DNA of 64,000 bases from Candidatus Bathyarchaeota archaeon (lineage in GTDB: Archaea; Thermoproteota; Bathyarchaeia; Bathyarchaeales; Bathycorpusculaceae): the NCBI GenBank assembly GCA_963707955.1, contig OY970176.1, positions 2,176,001-2,240,000 of the forward strand, read 5' to 3'. Shown piece by piece: positions 58,756-64,000 of this stretch. The stretch's first letter is position 1. Each line of letters starts with the position of its first letter. The notes under the pieces were generated by a model that was given only the letters and a program-made list of their open reading frames with translations, did no database searches and was not told the DNA's origin. The translations under genes were made by a program, and so were the position numbers.

Positions 58756-59724
58756 TTGCCACAGTATTGCATTGAGACGAGCGATCTGACGATGCGTTAT
58801 GGTAGCCTAGTGGCTGTTGACCATATTTCTTTCAACGTGGAGAAGGGTGAGGTTTTCGGTTTTTTGGGTCCAAACGGCGCTGGCAAATCGACGACTATTA
58901 AGATGTTGACGACGCTCTTGCGGCCGACGAGCGGCAAGGCCACCGTCCTTGGGTTTGACGTTGTCTCTGAAGGAGGCAAGATCAGGCCTAGGATAGGAGT
59001 CGTGCAGCAGGAGCCGAGCTACGAGATGGCGTTGAGTGTGGAAGGAAATCTTGACATGTACGGGTTTTTGTGGAACGTGCCCAAGAAGGAGAGAAAGGAG
59101 AGGATCGAGCTTCTTCTCGACAAGTTTGGTTTGGAGGAGGCGCGGAAGACGGTTGCGCCTGAGTTGTCAATTGGGCAGAGAAGGCGTCTGCAGGTTGCGA
59201 GAGAGTTCATGCACGATTCTGAGCTCATGTTTCTAGACGAACCCACGACTGGCTTGGACCCTCAGGCCAGAAGAGTGACCTTGGATTTCGTGCGGGAGAA
59301 GGTGAGAAACGGTGTGACCGTTTTCTTCACGACGCACATAATGGAGGAAGCCGAGTACGTTTGCGACAGAATAGCCATAATCAACCACGGACAGATCCTG
59401 GCCTTAGACACTATAGAGAATGTTAAGCACAGGTTTGGAGCGGTAAGCGTTATCCACCTGCGTTTCGCTGAGTACACTAGCGATTTGGACCGAAAACTGC
59501 AGAGTTTGCCGGGCGTTCAGAAAATTGTCCCTCCGCAGCAGAGGGACGAGCCGTTGAAGTTGTATGCAGAAGATGCGAACGTGGTGATGCCCAGAATAAT
59601 CGATGCGGCAACGACCCTCGGAGCGCGCATAACAGAACTCAGGATAGAGGAGCCATCACTGGATGACGTCTTCATTCAGATGGTGAATTCGAAGGGAGTG
59701 AAGCGCGATGAACAGTTTTCTTAG
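58756..59724 (+). CDS. ABC-2 exporter ATP-binding protein (DrrA-like)
   Basis: GPNGAGKST, LSIGQRRR, FLDEPTTGLD, TTH. Confidence 0.93.
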   Translation: MPQYCIETSDLTMRYGSLVAVDHISFNVEKGEVFGFLGPNGAGKSTTIKMLTTLLRPTSGKATVLGFDVVSEGGKIRPRIGVVQQEPSYEMALSVEGNLDMYGFLWNVPKKERKERIELLLDKFGLEEARKTVAPELSIGQRRRLQVAREFMHDSELMFLDEPTTGLDPQARRVTLDFVREKVRNGVTVFFTTHIMEEAEYVCDRIAIINHGQILALDTIENVKHRFGAVSVIHLRFAEYTSDLDRKLQSLPGVQKIVPPQQRDEPLKLYAEDANVVMPRIIDAATTLGARITELRIEEPSLDDVFIQMVNSKGVKRDEQFS

Positions 59725-60475
59725 ATTGTTGTACAGGGACCTAAGGGCTGGACTTTGGTCAACCAAATCCATCATGGCTGTCCAGCTTGTAACCCCGCTG
59801 TTCTACATCTTCGTCGCCGGGTTCGTCTATGGAGCCATCATCGATCCAAAAACGATTGCTGCCAGCGGAGCGATCAGTTACGTCCTCTTTCTCGCCCCAG
59901 GAGTCGTTGTCATGCAGATAATGTTTGCCGCGTCTATGGCCGGAGCGATGCTTTGGGTTGACAAGAGGCTGGCCATGTTCTCGCAGATAGTTGTAGGGCC
60001 GTTCAGCAGGTGGCAGTACATACTTAGCAAGCTGGTTTCTATCATGCTTCAAGGAATGCTGAACGCGTTCTTGGTTTTTCTCATCGCCTCTCCGTTACTT
60101 GCAGGGCTGAAAATCTCCCTAGAAGGGGCGCTCTACATTGCCGGTTCGCTTCTGTTGGGGGCTCTCTTCTTCGGTTCTCTGACGCTGGCCATTTCTGTGT
60201 TCATAAAATCCAACGAGGCGTTCAACGCGATTCTCAACGTGTTGTTCACCCCTCTGATGTTTCTGAGTTCAGTCTACTACCCTCTGGAAAAAGCGCCGTT
60301 TGCAATTCAAGTCGTTTCATTGGCTAATCCTTTAACCTACGCTGCAGACATGCTCAGAGCCGGACTCCTGCAGGTTTACGTTCCCCTCCTGCCTATCGAG
60401 ATAGCAGCACTCGTAGTTGAGAGTCTCATCGCCTTCGCAGCCGCGACAGTTGCCTTCAGACGAGTTAAACCTTAA
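59708..60475 (+). CDS. ABC-2 permease
   Basis: FLAPG, FLSSVYYP, NPLTY; about six TM helices. Confidence 0.92.
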   Translation: MNSFLRLLYRDLRAGLWSTKSIMAVQLVTPLFYIFVAGFVYGAIIDPKTIAASGAISYVLFLAPGVVVMQIMFAASMAGAMLWVDKRLAMFSQIVVGPFSRWQYILSKLVSIMLQGMLNAFLVFLIASPLLAGLKISLEGALYIAGSLLLGALFFGSLTLAISVFIKSNEAFNAILNVLFTPLMFLSSVYYPLEKAPFAIQVVSLANPLTYAADMLRAGLLQVYVPLLPIEIAALVVESLIAFAAATVAFRRVKP

Positions 60476-60775
60476 CCATCGATTCGAACGAATGCCACCG
60501 AATTCGAGAAGAACAAACGAGAACGCGCCCGCCTTTCCGGCAGGCTGGCGTGTTGGTTGCAACACCACAAGCAGTGGAGACATCTCCCGAAGACCCTACT
60601 TTTAGTAGGATTTCGGATTCACATATCATATCGCCAAAAGAACAAAGTGAAGACAGCGACATATAAGGAATATGTCGAAAGCGTAGAACAAGAAAACACG
60701 CTATGAACTCGCACTTTTTGGTTTGGAGCAAGTCTTATCCAGAGCAGTCCAACATATGTAGGTGAGATAGAAAGC

Positions 60776-61279
60776 ATGAACAAGAAGGTTCCGCATAAGT
60801 TTCAGGAAAAAATGGAACTCACTTATGAGCAATATTTCCAGACCGACCAGTCCATGGTGGAATTGGCTAAGGCTTTCGAGCATGCTCTGGGCAAAGACAG
60901 AACTTTCGAAATAATTAGAAAGTGGGCTGAAAAGTCTAGGGTAGAGCTTGCCAAGAAACAGACGTCTAAGAAGCCAATCAAAAACTTTGAAGACTTCAAA
61001 CTGTTCTTCAAAGAGTTATACGGGTCTCCCTTGTGGGCGCATGCGTTGACATTGACCTATCCAGAAGAAACGCCCAAGAAATTGAGCTGCCACATAACAG
61101 AGTGTTTAGGTGCTAAGACCTTCAAGGAAGTGAACGCCACAGACCTTGGCTACATCCTATTCTGCCGCACCGATTTTGCAATGGCAAGAGCCTATCACCC
61201 GAAACTAAGACTAAAACGGACAAAAACCCTGATGCAAGGAGACAGCTACTGCAACCACACATATTACTGGAAAGAATGA
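60776..61279 (+). CDS. L-2-amino-thiazoline-4-carboxylic acid hydrolase-like protein
   Basis: ITEC..LGY..C..D..RTKTLMQGDSYCNH. Confidence 0.82.
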   Translation: MNKKVPHKFQEKMELTYEQYFQTDQSMVELAKAFEHALGKDRTFEIIRKWAEKSRVELAKKQTSKKPIKNFEDFKLFFKELYGSPLWAHALTLTYPEETPKKLSCHITECLGAKTFKEVNATDLGYILFCRTDFAMARAYHPKLRLKRTKTLMQGDSYCNHTYYWKE

Positions 61280-61356
61280 ACGGCAAGAAACACCCAGTCT
61301 CGCACGTTACTTTCGGTTTGGCTAGGACTTTTCCGCAAAACCAAAACTGACTTTCT

Positions 61357-61893
61357 TCAAGCAGTCTTTGTTAGTATTTTTGGTTCTTTCCATTCTTCCC
61401 TGAGAATGCTAAAGAGGAACATGTCTGTCCATTCTCCTCTGCAGAAGTAGCACTTTCGCATTGTTCCTTCTCTCTTAAACCCCACCTTTTCCAGAATCTT
61501 CTGAGAAATCACATTCTTGGTGTGAGTCGTTGCTACTATTCGAACAATGTCCTTTGAAAGGAAAAGATAGTCCACCATTAGCTGTGCAGCTTCAGTGGAA
61601 TATCCTTTTCCTCTTTCGCTTGGAACGAGACCATAGGCTAGTTCTAACATATTCATATAAGTATTAAGAAAGTTGAAATGCATAATCCAACCAATTTTGC
61701 TTCCGTCTTTCTTCTCAATGATAAAATGCTTCGTTTCGAGAACAGTACTCTCTAGGAACCTCTCCATCCCTGCCCTAGTACCCTGTGTTGGAGAGAAATA
61801 TTCAGCAAAGTCTGGGTTACTCCACCAGTCCACAAGAAATGGCACGTCCTCTTTCTCCGCTACCCTCAGGTTCACATTCTTGCCTTCAAGCAA
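61357..61893 (-). CDS. RimJ/RimL-like GNAT acetyltransferase
   Basis: MLEGKNVNLR..ERGKGYSTEA..N..SQKILEKVGF..EG. Confidence 0.92.
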   Translation of the reverse strand: MLEGKNVNLRVAEKEDVPFLVDWWSNPDFAEYFSPTQGTRAGMERFLESTVLETKHFIIEKKDGSKIGWIMHFNFLNTYMNMLELAYGLVPSERGKGYSTEAAQLMVDYLFLSKDIVRIVATTHTKNVISQKILEKVGFKREGTMRKCYFCRGEWTDMFLFSILREEWKEPKILTKTA

Positions 61894-61997
61894 TCAACGT
61901 CACCACTCAAAACGATAAGAGCAGTCCAGCTTTAACTCTTCCGCAAAACCAAAAAATGGCTTTCTTCAAGAGGCGTGCTTTCAAGGCAAATGAGCAA

Positions 61998-62579
61998 TCA
62001 AAAGATTATCTTGGTTGCTTCATATTTATCTCTAACAATTTCTTTTGCCTCAGGGATTAGTTTGCTCCAACTTCGGTTCAATTTATCCCTCAACCATTTC
62101 GTACCTTCATCTATATCCATTCCAAGTCTAACAAAAACAAAGTAAAGAAGTGCAGGTATTCGGTCAAAGTGTGCCATCGCATCGGCACTTGCAACGCATT
62201 TTGCTTCTAGAGTTTCTCTGCTAATTGCCTTACTCCCTCTGTGGGAATAAATACAATGCTTGACTTTTTCGATTTTTTCTTGCGGATACTTGAACCTTTT
62301 CAGAATCTTTTCCGCCTCTTCAGCACCGAGCAAGTGGTGGTTCTCATAGTTGTCTCTATCCTTAATGCCTGCAATGTCGTGTAGCAAGGCTGCAATTTCC
62401 ACGATTTCTTCATCAGCATGCAATTTCCTCGCAAGAAACTTACCATATCTTACAACAGAAAGAATATGATAAGTCCAAATCTGGTCGCCGAAAGTGTTTG
62501 TATCCTTTTTGCATTCTTCTTCGACAAGTTTTCTAATCTTCTCAACAATCCTCGAATCCATATTCCTGCCCTCAAGCAA
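61998..62579 (-). CDS. HD-domain phosphohydrolase (start TTG 62579 or ATG 62561)
   Basis: H..AALLHDI..HH..H..ADAMAH. Confidence 0.9.
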   Translation of the reverse strand: MLEGRNMDSRIVEKIRKLVEEECKKDTNTFGDQIWTYHILSVVRYGKFLARKLHADEEIVEIAALLHDIAGIKDRDNYENHHLLGAEEAEKILKRFKYPQEKIEKVKHCIYSHRGSKAISRETLEAKCVASADAMAHFDRIPALLYFVFVRLGMDIDEGTKWLRDKLNRSWSKLIPEAKEIVRDKYEATKIIF

Positions 62580-62689
62580 TCCAAATAGCCAATCCACACA
62601 GTCACTTTCGATTCAGCTATAACTTTTCCGCAAAACCAAAAACTGGCTAACAAACAATCATAGAAGAATGCTCTACTGTCGTCCAGATA

Positions 62690-63529
62690 CTAGTTTTCTT
62701 TTTTTACAGCTACTACTTGAAGATGACTTCCTATTCCAGCAATGTGTGGGTCTTTGTAGATTCTGCTCAGCATCTTTTTCAGTTTTTCTTTTTCTGCTTT
62801 GTTTTCAAAAATCTCTCTTCGCTTTTCTGAGGGAAGAGTTTCTACAAATATGTCAAGCATGCCCGTGCGTAGACCTAATGGCTTTCCGACAATCCGAACC
62901 GTGTTCAAGCCGTGCTTTTGTAAAAGTGATATAAGCTCGATTGGAGTGAACGATTTGGAATCAAAATTCGCTTCTTCTTCTGCAGGCGATATTCCAATTT
63001 GTAGAAAATCAAGTATGTAGTCAAGGGGTTTGCCTTGTGATAACATTTTGAGCGCACGATAGAATGTGCTGTCCACTCCAGCAACAAAATGGCAGTTTGG
63101 TTTAAGCACTCTCGACAATTCGCTCACAGCTTTCTCTGGGTCGCCACAGATGGATATTGGGTCTGCTTCAGAAAGAACAAAGTCAAAACTCATGTCAGGA
63201 TGTGGAACAGACCGAATGTCACCTTGCAAAACTTCAATGCGTTCCCCAAGCATATCTTTACTTATTCTCCTTTTCGCTGTTTTCAGAAGCTCCCCAGTTA
63301 TGTCCAGAAGCTCAACCGAGCACTTTCTTGTTTTAACCATTTTTCTCGACCAAACACCAGCACCGCCGCCTGCATCAAGAATCCATCCCTGCCTAGGAAG
63401 AAAAGGTTCAAGGTTCTCCCATGTTATCTCATCATAGATAGCATCATCCCCAACCTCTCTGTAATATTCTTCTTCAGCTTCTCTTCTGTGGTATTCAACG
63501 ATTCTTGCGACACGCTCTTCGTTAGCCAT
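62690..63529 (-). CDS. Class I SAM-dependent methyltransferase
   Basis: ILDAGGGAG, GDI..SFDFVL, ELSRVLKP. Confidence 0.9.
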   Translation of the reverse strand: MANEERVARIVEYHRREAEEEYYREVGDDAIYDEITWENLEPFLPRQGWILDAGGGAGVWSRKMVKTRKCSVELLDITGELLKTAKRRISKDMLGERIEVLQGDIRSVPHPDMSFDFVLSEADPISICGDPEKAVSELSRVLKPNCHFVAGVDSTFYRALKMLSQGKPLDYILDFLQIGISPAEEEANFDSKSFTPIELISLLQKHGLNTVRIVGKPLGLRTGMLDIFVETLPSEKRREIFENKAEKEKLKKMLSRIYKDPHIAGIGSHLQVVAVKKEN

Positions 63530-63756
63530 AGCCGAAGCCCTCAAATCACAATGCGGTCTGTCTAGGTTCAGCTATAACTTTTCCGCAAAAACAGAATAAG
63601 GGACTTAGAAGCCATGATAGAAGACTGTTCTAAATACAGAATGAACAAAACTGATAACCAACCAGTCGCGCGCGCTTCAGACACATCGGTGCGCAATTGG
63701 GAACTGTTGATGTTGTCGTCGCTATTCTTATAAATTGGAGCTGAAAATGAATTCTC

Positions 63757-64000
63757 ATGCGGGCAGAGATCGGAATCATTGGCGGAACGGGCTTCTATGA
63801 TCCGAAACTTCTCAGGAACGTTGAGGAAATAAGGGTGCGCACGCCTTATGGTGCGCCTTCTGATTTGATTGCGGTTGGAGAGTTGAAAGGTAGAGGCGTA
63901 GCGTTTCTGCCGAGGCACTCGAGGAAACATACGATAAGGCCGACTGACGTTAATTCGAGAGCAAACATATTCGCTTTGAAAAAACTGGGTGTTCAAAGGA
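63757..64000 (+). CDS. mtnP: 5'-methylthioadenosine phosphorylase, N-terminal part (runs off window)
   Basis: [35 protein letters not shown]. Confidence 0.92.
   Translation, partial: MRAEIGIIGGTGFYDPKLLRNVEEIRVRTPYGAPSDLIAVGELKGRGVAFLPRHSRKHTIRPTDVNSRANIFALKKLGVQR

Larger units (their letters stand above)
61325..63590 (-). repeat. Dispersed intergenic repeat, 4 copies (about 61325-61361, 61926-61970, 62612-62648, 63567-63590); minus-strand consensus TTTTTGGTTTTGCGGAAAAGTTATAGCTGAA
   Basis: Copies 3 and 4 share 24 identical bp; all four share TTCCGCAAAA on +; one copy at each gene junction. Confidence 0.9.

Noticed and set aside
61325-63590. CRISPR array or canonical integron attC array
   Set aside because: Spacers are whole genes of 0.6-0.95 kb; repeats lack RYYYAAC...GTTRRRY dyad symmetry; no cas or intI gene in the window
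1-64000. Numerous antisense and overlapping ORFs in the ORF track (e.g. 2048-2629, 14102-14629, 24597-25073)
   Set aside because: Shadows of well-conserved genes on the opposite strand or frame, with no recognisable motifs

Overview
Archaeal chromosomal window, most likely Bathyarchaeia. This is inferred from the L22-to-cmk ribosomal operon layout, DUF106, cohesin/dockerin surface proteins and an MLEGKNV-type GNAT. 1-14.8 kb is the L22/spc ribosomal super-operon with secY, adk, DUF106, L34e and cmk. An Hsp20 gene sits between L30 and L15, and an AT-rich foreign segment is fused into the 5' end of DUF106. 15-24 kb holds radical SAM and glycosyltransferase genes, pdxST, DNA ligase, a ThiF-family gene and tRNA-Cys. 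24-33 kb is a metal/proton P-type ATPase cluster with ArsR/ArsC. 33-38 kb encodes secreted and surface proteins. 39-58 kb is a redox, oxygen-defence and Fe-S cluster including a group 3-like NiFe hydrogenase. 58-64 kb has an ABC exporter followed by a cassette-like gene array. Three observations stand out. (1) At 60.7-63.6 kb unrelated genes are separated by a repeated terminator+promoter-like element, and one cargo gene keeps the start and stop ends of the neighbouring GNAT, suggesting cassette swapping. (2) The Oxa1-superfamily DUF106 gene has acquired an in-frame secreted DNRLRE-like domain. (3) Four independent +1 frameshifts all sit at CAGCTC/GAGCTG read as AG[T]CT, and one amber stop sits at CCAGG>CTAGG. 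These are probably DNA-modification footprints in the sequencing data rather than true pseudogenes. All calls come from motif recognition by eye; no database searches were run.
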